In this document: positions 1 to 35,204 of the stretch, piece by piece
Numbering within the stretch: position 1 is the first letter of the stretch
Layout of the letters: each line of letters opens with the position of its first letter
Source: the human T2T-CHM13v2.0 reference genome, Homo sapiens
DNA: 64,000 nt
Reading direction: 5' to 3' (one strand)
NCBI RefSeq assembly: GCF_009914755.1
Contig: NC_060936.1
Program-made: the position numbers and the translations under genes
The notes under the pieces: model-generated
The model's input: the letters and a program-made list of their open reading frames with translations, nothing else
Databases searched by the model: none
Told to the model about the DNA's origin: nothing

Positions 1-79
1 CCTGGCCCCAAGTGATGCTCCTGCCTCAGCCTCCCAATGTGCTAGGGTTACAGATGTGAGCCGCTGTGCCCGGCCGATA

Positions 80-255
80 GCAGAAGTTTTAAAGTGTGGT
101 CCCAGGGCCAGCCCCACAAGCATCACTTAGAAGCTTTTTAGAGATGCAAATTCTCGACCCACGGATTCAGAAACTTTGAGGGAGGGCTCCAGCATCTGTG
201 TTTTAAAAACCCCTGTAGGTGATTCTAATGCATGCTCAAGTTTGAAACCCAGTGA
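80..255. mobile_element. MER5-type hAT-Charlie DNA transposon relic
   Basis: agatgcaaattctc...tcagaaact...ctgtgtttt...ggtgattctaatgcatgctcaagtttga resembles MER5A. Confidence 0.7.
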
Positions 256-1161
256 GTGATAGCAGAGTGTTCAAGAGGCTGACCACGCCTGGCTAATTTT
301 TTTGTATATTTAGTAGAGATGAGATTTCACCATGTTGGCCAGACTGGTCTTAAACTCCCGACCTCAGGTGATCCGCTCGCCTCGGCCTCCCAAAGTGCTG
401 GGATTACAGACGTGAGCCACCGCGCCTGGCACCAAGCAGAATCAGTCTTAAGGTCTTTTGCATGTCGTGGTGCCCTTTCTTGATTTCCCAAGCAGTACAC
501 TCAGGATGGCTTCCTTCCTGTTCGCTATGTTATTTTCAGGTCTTGTTATTCTTAAATCATTCGTGGAAACAACAAGGATTTTGGACATTTCCCAGCCTAG
601 TTTAAATGCCTGCGATGCTAGGTCAATGATTTTATCTCAAGCAGTTTAGGGGAAGGAATCTAGCTGCAGGAAGGGTGGTGCCCGGGGCACTGTTTTGAGT
701 CTGTGTTTGCATAAGACAACAGTAAAAAAAAAAAACAACTTTGATTTGTTTATTCAGAGTGATGGGTGGGAGGGCATTATAACTAAAGTTCTCCACTCTC
801 CCCTCCAAGTCAGCCCTTGCTCCACCACTGGAATGCAACAACCCCCTCCTTAAAAGCAGTTAAGGGAATGAAATGAGCTTGGCCCAGGGCCTGGCAGTGA
901 ATGCTAAATGTTCCTTTGAGATTCTATTAGTGTGAAACTTCTGTAGAAATATCGGCCTTCCCTAGTGCCCTCCAGATCTCTTGCTTGGTTTGTAAAATGT
1001 TTTATAATAAATGTTTAGGTATATAGACTTAGCAGTCCTGGAGATGCACGTATCTGATTACCTTTCAAGAGGCTAACAGGGGCCTAACACGGTGGCTCAA
1101 GCCTGTAATCCCAGCACTTTTGTAGGCCAAGGCAGGAGGATTGCTTGAGCCCAGGAGTTCA

Positions 1162-1908
<747 letters not shown>

Positions 1909-2059
1909 TAGAGACGGGGTTACTCCATGTTGGTCAGGCTGGTCTTGAACTCCTGACCTCAAATGATCTGCCTGTCTCAGCCTCCCAAAGTGCTGGGATT
2001 ACAGGCGTGAGCCACCGTGCCCGGCCTAGGATGGCTATTATTTAAAGAAAGAAAAAAAA

Positions 2060-3382
<1,323 letters not shown>

Positions 3383-3562
3383 ATGGCTGGGCGTGGTAGC
3401 TCATGCCTGTAATCCGAGCACTTTGGTAGGCCAAGGCAGGGGGATCACCTGAGGTCAGGAGTTCGAGACAAGCCTGGGAAACATGGCGAAACCCCGTCTC
3501 TACTAAAAATACAAAATAATTAGCTAGGCGTGGTGGCGGACACCTGTAGTCCCAGCTACTCA

Positions 3563-4150
<588 letters not shown>

Positions 4151-4914
4151 AGAAATAGATTGGGGTCCATGCCTCATGCCTGTAATCCCAGCACTTTAGG
4201 AGGACTAAAGGAGGTGGGAGGATCACTTGAGTCCAGGGGTTTGAGTCCAGCCTGGGCAATATAGTGAGACACTGTCTCTACAGAAAATGTAAATTTTAGT
4301 CAGATGTGGTGGCACGTATCTATAGTCCCAGCTGCTTGGGAGGCTGAAGTGGGAGGGTCATTTGAACCTAGGAGGTTGAGGCTATAGTGAGCCACGATGG
4401 CACCACTGTATTCCAGCTTGGGTGACAGATGGAGACTTTGTTTCAAGGGGAAAAAAAAAAAAAAGAAAGAAAGAAAAGAAAAAACACGAATATGTGCTTA
4501 TTGTAAAAAGTGTGAGATGTTACTAAGCAGTATAATTAGAAGTGAGAGGTCTTCCTCCACACCACCACCATGCTCCCCAAGCAACTACTGTTAACAGTTT
4601 GATGTAACCTTCTAGACCTATTACAGTAGACACCAGCATGTCACTGCCAAGCACTTGAAATGTGGTGAGTCCTAATAGAGATGAGCTGTAAGTATAAAAA
4701 TACATCTTGAATTTCATCTGGGTGTGGTGGCTCATGCCTTCAATCCGAGCACTTTGGGAGGCCAAGGCGGGGTATCATGAGGTCAGGAGTTCGAGACCAG
4801 CCTGGCCAAGATAGTGAAACCCTGTCTCTACTAAAAATACAAAAATTAGCTGGGCGCGGTGGTGGGCACCTATAATCCCAGCTACTCAGGGGCTGAGGCA
4901 GCGGAATTGCTTCA

Positions 4915-5475
<561 letters not shown>

Positions 5476-5835
5476 CTACTGGCACATGAAACCACGCCTG
5501 GCTAATTTTTTTGTATTTTTTATAGAGATGGAGTTTCACCATGTTGCCCAGGCTGGTCTTGAACTCCCGGACTCAATTGATCATCCCACCTCAGCCTCCC
5601 AAATTGCATTGCTGGATTTCTAAGACAGCACCAAAAAGAGAAAATAAACGATCTCACTAATAATGTCTCTACTGATTGCCATGTTGAAACAATGCTTTGG
5701 ATATTTTGGGATAAATAAAATACTTGTTGAAATTAGTTTCTTGTGTTTCTTTCTACCTTTTCAATGTGGCTACTAGAAAATACAATGCCACATGTGGCTC
5801 ACCCTTGATTTCTTTTCTTTTTCTTTTTTTTTTGA

Positions 5836-5940
<105 letters not shown>

Positions 5941-6140
5941 TGAGTAGCTGGGATTACGGGCATGTGCCACCACTCACGGCTAATTTTGTATTTTTAGTAG
6001 AGACGGGGTTCCTCCATGTTGGTCAGGCTAGTCTCGAACTCCGGACCTCAGGTGGTCCGCCCGCCTCGGCTTCCCAAAATGCTGGGATTACAGGTGTGAG
6101 CCACTGTGCCTGGCCAAGCTCACACTTGATTTCTATGGAA

Positions 6141-14872
<8,732 letters not shown>

Positions 14873-14929
14873 TTAGTTGTTGAATTAGCAATTTTTCTCT
14901 TAAAAAAATTTTTTTTTAGCTTATTGTCT

Positions 14930-15450
14930 TCGGAGATGATAACACCCTCGTTGCGTGGGAGTAAAATTTTAAAGGTAAAACAAACAGGAAACGAGCGTCG
15001 GCGGCGAATCTGCTGCTACCAATGTAAAGGTCAGGCCGAGGCCGGCGCGGAGAATCTGCTGTCGCCTGCAGCTGCTCGCCTGTCTCCGTCGGAAGGGAGC
15101 CCAAGCTTTGCAGAGGTGAGTGGAAGCGGCTTGGAAGGAGCGGGCCCCACGCCGGAGAGAAGGAAGAGGGAGTGCGGCCCAGACGCTGTGCCCGCGCTTG
15201 TGTGGGGCGCCATGTTGAAACCTGGCAAAGGGGACGACATTCTGGGTTGCGTTGCGGGGAGTGGGGACGAGAGCTGGATTGGAAGGATGGCCCCTTACTC
15301 CCTGCGGCCCCCAGAGAAGGAGAGGGGCGGGGGAGCGGCCTCGAGGGTTGGCGGCCAGGCTGCAGGCTGGATGGGAAGGATAGGCTTTTCCACAGAAACT
15401 TAGGTGTTTGCCTCCGAGGCCCACTGCGCATGCCCTGGAGGGCTCTGTGG
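14930..15450. promoter_or_regulatory. CpG-island, TATA-less promoter of SNRNP35
   Basis: High GC and CpG content. ETS-like ACAGGAAAC 14984-14992, YY1 CGCCATGTT 15208-15216, GC box GGGGCGGGGG 15324-15333, NRF1-like TGCGCATGC 15425-15433. Confidence 0.85.
14990..15115 (+). other. SNRNP35: SNRNP35 non-coding first exon (5' boundary approximate)
   Basis: Lies in the only CpG-rich unique island upstream of the CDS. Strong donor GAG|GTGAGT at 15115/15116. Confidence 0.85.
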
Positions 15451-15490
15451 GTTCCGCCTTCAGTTTTGCTTTTCACAGGAGGGGCAAAGT

Positions 15491-21445
<5,955 letters not shown>

Positions 21446-22224
21446 CAGCCAAGGTTTTTAAGTAACATATTTCAGCATTGGCTCTACAGCGTTGCAGGTT
21501 GGTCACATAAGCATTAGCTGGGTCTGAAATATTAGTAAGCATTTTATTATTCCAGCAAAGATTCACATGAATTAACTATGTATCAGAAGGCATGACAACT
21601 GCAGTGTGCTTGCTGGACAAAAAATTACCATTGCAGTAAATTCTCATGCTCCCAGTCTAAACGGATTATCAGCTAGGGATCTGAGAAGAAATCCCATGTT
21701 CCTTTTGAGACAAATAACCCGCTCCCGCTGCTGGGTCACTGTAGCCTTAGCTTTGTTGTCTGTTTACTACAGAATGGTGCATCCAAATCCCTGTTTTCTC
21801 TTGTAGTTTTAAAAAAGTCTATATCTTTTAATGATGCATAGTAAAAAAATTTCCACACGAATGATGTGATATCTAGAATTTGTTTCAGAATTATCTGGGG
21901 GCAGATTATTCTGGCCACATGTGCATGGTGGTTCTAGTTGAGCCGGGTGAGAAGTTTGTGGAGGGTTATTATATGATTCTCTATGTTGGTATTTGATATT
22001 CTTGGTAGTAGAGTTTTTAAATTGCCATTTTCCACCAGCAGTTCCTGGGCTAGTTTTCCTATGATCATTTTAAAGGTTCTGAAAGAGAAGTCTGGTTTTG
22101 ATCCACGTTGCCACATTGTAATGTGTTCATAGTTGGTAAGTGCCCTTCCGTGGCTGAGCCAGATGCTGCATATATGGGTGAAACCCGAGCACGCTGCCCT
22201 CTGCTTCCTGAGAGGGCATTTGTA

Positions 22225-22395
22225 GGAGTGGGTAAGGGCTTCTCTGGAGCACAACTGCCTGGCTTTGGTGCTGTCTCCCCCACTTACTAGCAGGGAGGAC
22301 TTAGCCTCTGTGGGTGTTCCCTTCCTTTCCTGTTTTTAAGAAGAGGTGAATGATAGTATCCTTTTCATGGCATTGTTGTAAGGGTTGAATGAGTG
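22225..22395 (+). mobile_element. MIR element immediately upstream of the SNRNP35 coding exon
   Basis: ctctggagcacaactgcctgg...ccacttactagc...gatagtatccttttcatggcattgttgtaagggttgaatgagt aligns by eye with the MIR core. Confidence 0.7.
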
Positions 22396-22443
22396 GCTCA
22401 GAGTAGAGGCTCCATCCACGCTTGCTCTTATCATTCATAGAAC

Positions 22444-23184
22444 ATGAACGATTGGATGCCCATCGCCAAGGAGTATGATCCACTCAAAGCGGGCAGCATT
22501 GATGGCACCGATGAAGACCCACACGACCGCGCGGTCTGGAGGGCAATGCTGGCACGATATGTCCCCAACAAAGGTGTCATAGGAGATCCCCTCCTCACCC
22601 TGTTTGTGGCCAGACTAAACTTGCAGACCAAGGAGGACAAATTAAAGGAAGTCTTTTCCCGCTATGGTGACATCCGGCGGCTTCGGCTGGTCAGGGACTT
22701 GGTCACAGGTTTTTCAAAGGGCTACGCCTTCATCGAATACAAGGAGGAGCGTGCCGTGATCAAAGCTTACCGAGATGCTGATGGCCTGGTTATTGACCAG
22801 CATGAGATATTTGTGGACTACGAGCTGGAAAGGACTCTCAAAGGGTGGATCCCTCGGCGACTTGGAGGCGGTCTTGGGGGAAAAAAGGAGTCTGGGCAAC
22901 TGAGATTTGGGGGACGGGACCGGCCTTTTCGAAAACCTATTAACTTGCCAGTTGTTAAAAACGACCTCTATAGAGAGGGAAAACGGGAAAGGCGGGAGCG
23001 ATCTCGATCCCGAGAAAGACACTGGGACTCGAGGACAAGGGATCGAGACCATGACAGGGGCCGGGAGAAGAGATGGCAAGAAAGAGAGCCGACCAGGGTG
23101 TGGCCCGACAATGACTGGGAGAGAGAGAGGGACTTCAGAGATGACAGGATCAAGGGGAGGGAGAAGAAGGAAAGAGGCAAGTAG
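22444..23184 (+). CDS. SNRNP35: U11/U12 snRNP 35 kDa protein, complete 246-aa CDS in a single exon
   Basis: ORF MNDWMPIAKEYDPLKAGSIDG... has RRM motifs (RNP2 LFVARL, RNP1 KGYAFIEY), the U1-70K-like GWIPRRLGGGLGG and an R/D/E/S-rich tail. Acceptor ...cattcatAG ends at 22440 and is followed by AAC ATG. Confidence 0.98.
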   Translation: MNDWMPIAKEYDPLKAGSIDGTDEDPHDRAVWRAMLARYVPNKGVIGDPLLTLFVARLNLQTKEDKLKEVFSRYGDIRRLRLVRDLVTGFSKGYAFIEYKEERAVIKAYRDADGLVIDQHEIFVDYELERTLKGWIPRRLGGGLGGKKESGQLRFGGRDRPFRKPINLPVVKNDLYREGKRERRERSRSRERHWDSRTRDRDHDRGREKRWQEREPTRVWPDNDWERERDFRDDRIKGREKKERGK

Positions 23185-23272
23185 AGGCCCAACAGCAGAA
23201 CCCCAAAGTGAAGTTACAGTGGAAATGAGTGGAGGGGGATTGTCTTTCAACGCAGCGTGAGTCTAATGGTTG

Positions 23273-23278
23273 AATAAA
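23273..23278 (+). terminator. SNRNP35: SNRNP35 proximal poly(A) signal
   Basis: AATAAA ~90 nt after the stop codon, followed by G/U-rich sequence (ggggtttgg...ttttctttcc). Confidence 0.8.
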
Positions 23279-23308
23279 ACTTACTGATGATCATGGGGTT
23301 TGGAATAG

Positions 23309-23890
<582 letters not shown>

Positions 23891-25041
23891 TGATTTTCTT
23901 CCATCTATTTTAAATGATCATCTTGAGTACGTGGCAAAAAGAGGTTATGACCTAATCACACTCCTCTGAGTCCTTAGAGGAAGAACACTAATCTGGTCAG
24001 AATAAATTGTATCTTTTCTATCTTTATATCCATAGCCCAAGAGTTTGCTGAATTGAAATAAAAATGGGATAGAAAAGTGAATTCAAGGAGAATGTCCAGA
24101 GCCCTAATACCAGAAGGCAGTCTGCACAGCCAGGTCAGCATTCTTGAACAAATGCACTTCCATTCTCACTCAAAATGCCGACTGCCTTTCTTCTTTTTCT
24201 GACTGACATTTAAAATTAAAAACCAAAGTTGCTGGGCTGTGATCTATGGCAGCCTTCCAGCCCTTTGAAAAGATAAAGTTAGACAGAAGTGGTGGTGAAA
24301 TGAAAATGAAGAATAAGGAGTGGTCAGGATCTATGAAAGAATTACAGCTAGTTCTGATGGATTGATTTTTCCTTTCTCTCTTATCCTGTCTCTGGGGTGC
24401 TCGAGAGCTAGATCTGCTGACCTTAACTTCTGAGGACTTTGAGCAAGTACCATACTGTTCGGATGATTTTCAAAAAAGTGACATTTAGCATTTTGATAAA
24501 TGGCCGTCTTTGAAAGTTCATATTCTGAAAATTCAAGATGTTTCATGCAAAATAAATGATTTAGTACCATTGCTAGGTTTTCGCATAGGAGTATGAATCT
24601 CTCATGATATTATACAGGGAACTGGACCAACCTGCTGTGGCTTAAAATTGCTGTCAGCTGTTAGAACAGTTTTAGAAAAATAGGCCCTTTCCTTTGTGAA
24701 TTTCCAGTACAGAATTTTATTATTTCCCAAGTCTCAGAAAACAACCTTGCAGGAAACCTTTTTGATTTCACTCACATTTAATTTACAAAGTGTTCCCTTA
24801 TTATGGCACCAGAAGGGTGTTGTGGGCTAGGGTTGGTAGATTGTCTAGAAAACAAGACTGCCTGCATTAGGGAAGCCTTGTGAGATACCATCAGGACAAA
24901 AAGCAAAGCCAGTTGCAGTGTTTGTGTAGTTGTCAACTCTGAGCATCAGAACAGGGAGAGATTGAAAACATGCACACTTGGCTGGGCACGGTGCTCACGG
25001 CTGTGATCCCAGCACTTTGGGAGGCCGAGGCGGGCAGATCA

Positions 25042-25655
<614 letters not shown>

Positions 25656-25904
25656 CTATGGGCTGTGGTGACTTTGAAAGAAAAACAATGGTACAGCCTC
25701 CATGGTAGGGACTTTGGCAGTCTCCATGAACATGACAGAAGCAAATACTCTTTGATCTAGCAATTCTGCTTCTAGTTTATTCTGTAGACTTTTGTGTGTG
25801 TGACAGTGTGCAACACTTTTTGAGAGTAAAGGATTGGAAGGAAGCTACCTGTCCATCAGTGGGGCCTAGATAAACATTAATAAATATCACCCCCATATGG
25901 TAGA

Positions 25905-26337
<433 letters not shown>

Positions 26338-26959
26338 TGAACCACTGCTCCTGGCCATGAGAGCCGCTGTCTTATGTACTCATATGGAGTTATTGCTATA
26401 CATTTTTTTTTCTTTTTTGAGGCAGGGTCTCACTCTGTCCCCCAGGCTGGAGTGCAGTGGTGTGATCACAGCTCACTGCAGCCTTGAACTGGGCTCAAGG
26501 GATCCTCCTGCCTTAGCCTCCCAAGTAGCTGAGATCATAGGTGTACACCACCACACCCACCTATTTTTTTATTTTAATTAATTTTTTGTAGAGGTGGGTT
26601 ATTGCTATGTCACCTAGGTTTGTCTTAAACTCCTGGGCTCAAGTGATCCTCCCTACTTGACCTCCCAAAATATGGGGATTATAGGTGTGACCCACTGCAC
26701 CTTGGCCCTCTCTAGGATATTTCAAGGGGAAAAAAGAAAAGCACAGAACAGCATGAATATATTATGCTGCCATTTAAATAAAAAAAAAAAGGAGGGCCAG
26801 GTATGGTGGTTCATGTCTATAGTCCCATCTACTCGGGAGGCTGAGGCAGGAGGATTGCTTGAGGCCAGGAGTTTGGGACCAGCCTTGGTGACATAGTAAG
26901 ACCTTGTCCCTTAAGAAAAAAGGAAAGAAGGAATATATACACACATGTACATATATATA

Positions 26960-29440
<2,481 letters not shown>

Positions 29441-29585
29441 TCACAGATGCTGCAGGGCTTCCTGTCCTTGCTCTGTGTAACCGTCATCGCGGTGGGTGTT
29501 TGCCCACTGTCCAAAGGACTCCTGGATGTGCACGTTTCTCTGTGTGTTGGCCAGGCGCTTCTTATCTCGGGAGAAGAAGCTAAAC
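29441..29585 (-). CDS. RILPL1: RILPL1 last coding exon (exon 7): FSFFSRDKKRLANTQRNVHIQESFGQWANTHRDDGYTEQGQEALQHL*
   Basis: Acceptor tttcccttccaaag|G completes the CTG codon from exon 6. TGA at 29443-29441. Matches the RILPL1 C-terminus as I recall it. Not in the ORF track. Confidence 0.93.
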
Positions 29586-30198
29586 CTTTGGAAGGGAAAG
29601 CAAACACAGAAATGAGAGCTGACCCTTTGCTGTGCAAGTCACGTTTTTTGCAATGCCGGAGACATATAGCAGCAAACTTAGAAGGGAGCAAATCAATTCA
29701 AGGTGTGAAAGACAAAGTTGGGGGTGCAGGTCAAAGTTATTCCAAGAAAGCAGCAGGGTATTCTGCGTGTCATTTGGACACGGTACCTTGGAGGTCACGC
29801 GGTATGGGCAAGGCATGCATGCTGATGTGATGTGTGAGGTGTCTTCCACGTTAGCCGCTATGGAGGATTTATCCCGTTACCAGTGGAAATCAAAAGCTGC
29901 TGAAACAAATCTTGGGTTTCTTTAATTACCCTAATGACGCAGAGAAAGGAATACTTGAAAACCGTGTGGAATATAAGAGGATTCTGTTGTAAACGGATGA
30001 GTATTTCTAATTTAAATAGTTCTGTATTTGTTTAATGTCAGTCAGGAAACTGTGGCCCAGATTTCATGGACATTACTGCTTAGATGAGGCTAAAGGAAGT
30101 ACTTAAGAAAAATGAACAATAAAACATATACTATGGGCTGAGCGCGATGGGTCACGCCTGTAACCCCAGCACTTTGGGAGGTCGAGGCAGGCAGATCA

Positions 30199-30414
<216 letters not shown>

Positions 30415-30954
30415 CTAAAAAAATAAAATAAATATATATATATAAGTAAAACATGGTACGCATGGTTCTCTGATATAAAATTAGGGAAACATCCATTTGC
30501 ACTTTCAAAAATAGATCTAATGGTGAAAGCCTTTAGGCCGTATCACTGTAACCAGCTACAGAGCCACAGTTAGTCTGGCCTCAGACTTTAACTGAGGTAG
30601 ACAGAGGTCTTTTTAAAACAGCTGTGACTGTTGCATATTGATCAGAGAGAGCCATCAGGAACTTTCAGATGCCTGAAAGATAAAGGCAGAAGTCATAAGC
30701 ATACTTGAGTTTGTTACCATAGAAAAAAGAAAGAAAAAAACAAAAGAAAAAAAAAAGTCACAAGCAAAAAGCCTGCAAGGTAGTCCATTTATTTTTATTT
30801 TTATTTTTTATTTTTGAGATGGGGTTTCACTCTTGTTGCCCAGGCTGGAGTGCAATGGCTCACTGCAACCTCCACCTCCCCGGTTCAAGTGATTCTTCTG
30901 CCTCAGCATCCTGAGTAGCTGGGATTACAGGCACCCGCCACCACACCTAGCTAA

Positions 30955-31092
<138 letters not shown>

Positions 31093-31201
31093 TAGTCCCT
31101 TTAAAACAAGGTCTGCTTTGAGGTCATGTAAACAAACTAGGACCCTGGTCAGTGAACCTGAAATTGGCCTACCTTGAGGAATTCCCAAAAGCTCTTCCTA
31201 A

Positions 31202-31698
<497 letters not shown>

Positions 31699-32565
31699 TA
31701 AACTATTTTTGGTTCCCTCTGTTTGCTGGTTGCTAGTGTTGCAGCCTCCAGAGTTTAGTTTTAATCACATCTGGGTGAAAATGATTTCACTCTTCTGTGG
31801 TTACTGGATCCTACACTCACTTTCTACCAGGAATAAACTGATCTTTCATTGCAAAGCCACGGCAAGCCAAGTTTATCTGATGAAACTCTCCCTAGCGACT
31901 AAGATGCCTTTTCTCTGTGACAGGTAAGTGTGCTGGTGAATGAAGGCACAATTCTCACACTGGGTTATTTGTGAGCTCCTTCCATAGAGTAATCCAGGCA
32001 ATTAACTGGCGAAAAATACAGCAGCAACACCTCACGATTACGCTTCACCTCTCTCTGACTCAGGTAAACAGGAAGGCCACTTAGCACTTCTGACACAGAC
32101 AGAATCAAAACACTGGTCCCCTCCTCTGCCTTTCTTTTTAAAACAAGATCAAATGGCTGACTTGAAGATGGCTTGGAAAACAAAGCAGTTTAGAAAGCTA
32201 CAGGGTGAACATCAAAAACATAGGGTTAGTGTCACTCGGGGACCGCAGTGGGCGTTGATTACTGACCCGTCACTTAAAGGACCTTCTTTACTGGATCATG
32301 GGCAAGGTGGTTTTAAAACAGAAACAGAAGAGACAAAAAGAATTATCGGTGACAGAGCCGAGAATTCTGAGGCTTCGCTCGAGTAGACCGAGCGCAGCCA
32401 GTGGCACAGCTGAAATCACACTCAACATCCACGTCAAATGGAGCACACAGGTGGCGGCCATGCAGCTTAAGTGGCCAGGGGGAGACAGGTCAGCCCCAGC
32501 AGTAGCCGAAGCAGACATTCCAAGGGGGCAGCTCAAACAAAACCCAAAACACACACAGTGCCTAC

Positions 32566-32653
32566 AAGGGAAACAAGTCGTCGGACAGGCTGCAGTGTGG
32601 GGTCATCTATTATCAGTCCCGCTGCTACCATAGGCATTATGGCTGTAAAGATC
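32566..32653 (-). CDS. RILPL1: Candidate alternative RILPL1 cassette exon (88 nt): (L)IFTAIMPMVAAGLIIDDPTLQPVRRLVSL
   Basis: Pyrimidine-rich acceptor ...tacttctctaaccag|G with the same phase as exon 7. Frame is open. Donor CTT|GTAGGC. Joining to exon 7 gives GTT TAG (V-stop); read-through stops at 32533. Confidence 0.7.
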
Positions 32654-32756
32654 CTGGTTAGAGAAGTACAGATAGACACAGAGAAGATAAAAACGGGAGG
32701 CATGAAAAAGAAACAAACTCCACAGACACCAGTGGAAGGGTTTGATTAGGGTCTAA

Positions 32757-33797
<1,041 letters not shown>

Positions 33798-34329
33798 TAT
33801 ATGACAGCCAACGAGGGATGACAGAGTGGCTCCCCAGGGCTAAAATGTAGGGCTGTGTGTGGGGAACGAAGAAGGCAAAATACGCTGTGGGAGGTGGTGG
33901 TGATGCCCTGGCAAGGGGGCCTTTCAGTGTCCTCCCCAACTGCGATGAGCTGCAGGCGCCATGACCCTAAGCGCCAGGCGAGAACCAGGAGAGACTGAAG
34001 CAGAGGGGCCAGGCAGGACGAGGGCTGAGGCAGAGGCTGCAGAATCATCAGATATTCTGGTCTAAGCCCACGGTAAGTAAATGCTCATCTGTTTCTCAGC
34101 TGGGCAGAGGAAATGAAGATGAAACTCCAACCATGCCACTAGAGCTTATTTTGAAAAGCTATAATTTTTTTAAAAAGTTGGTTGGATAAAGATAAAATAA
34201 TTGTCTCAAATGAGGTTTGGCGATGTTCCAGGTGTTTGGATTACCTTTGATGTGCTTCACAGAGTAGCTAGGAGTTAGGAGTTGGTATCTTTTCTTTCTT
34301 TCTTTCTTTTTTTTTTTTTTTTTTTTTGA

Positions 34330-34656
<327 letters not shown>

Positions 34657-34937
34657 TGAGATGCCTTCTGCTAAGTGAATGGGCCCCAGAGGCCAGACTA
34701 CCGGACACAGTTAGCTTTCCAGGGGCTCCAAGCAACACCATTTTGTACCCACCTTTGCCAGGACACCCAAAGAGGGTGCCCACAAAGATACAGTCATTGT
34801 GTGGGAAGTGGCCTCAAACACGGGGGACATTTTGCCTCAAGAGATGTTTGCCACTGGGAATGCTGGACTTCATTTAGGGCCTTTTCAGGGGGTGACCAAT
34901 GCTCGGGGGCCTGGGACACCTGGAGTGTTCTGACTGA

Positions 34938-35204
<267 letters not shown>

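Noticed and set aside
430-1010. Unique segment at the window start as a possible pseudogene or regulatory element
   Set aside because: I could not recognise a parent gene or a convincing motif cluster.
22234-22243. AAGGGCTTCT, identical to part of the U11 snRNA 5' end as I recall it
   Set aside because: Only 10 nt, similarity does not extend, and it falls inside a MIR. Not an snRNA gene or pseudogene.
22714-23260. Overlapping 178-aa antisense and 117-aa alternative-frame ORFs on SNRNP35
   Set aside because: Shadow ORFs of a purine-rich, low-complexity CDS, with no recognisable protein features.
24331-24570. 79-aa - strand ORF in unique sequence overlapping the duplicated segment
   Set aside because: No recognisable domain or splice context. 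The length is compatible with chance.
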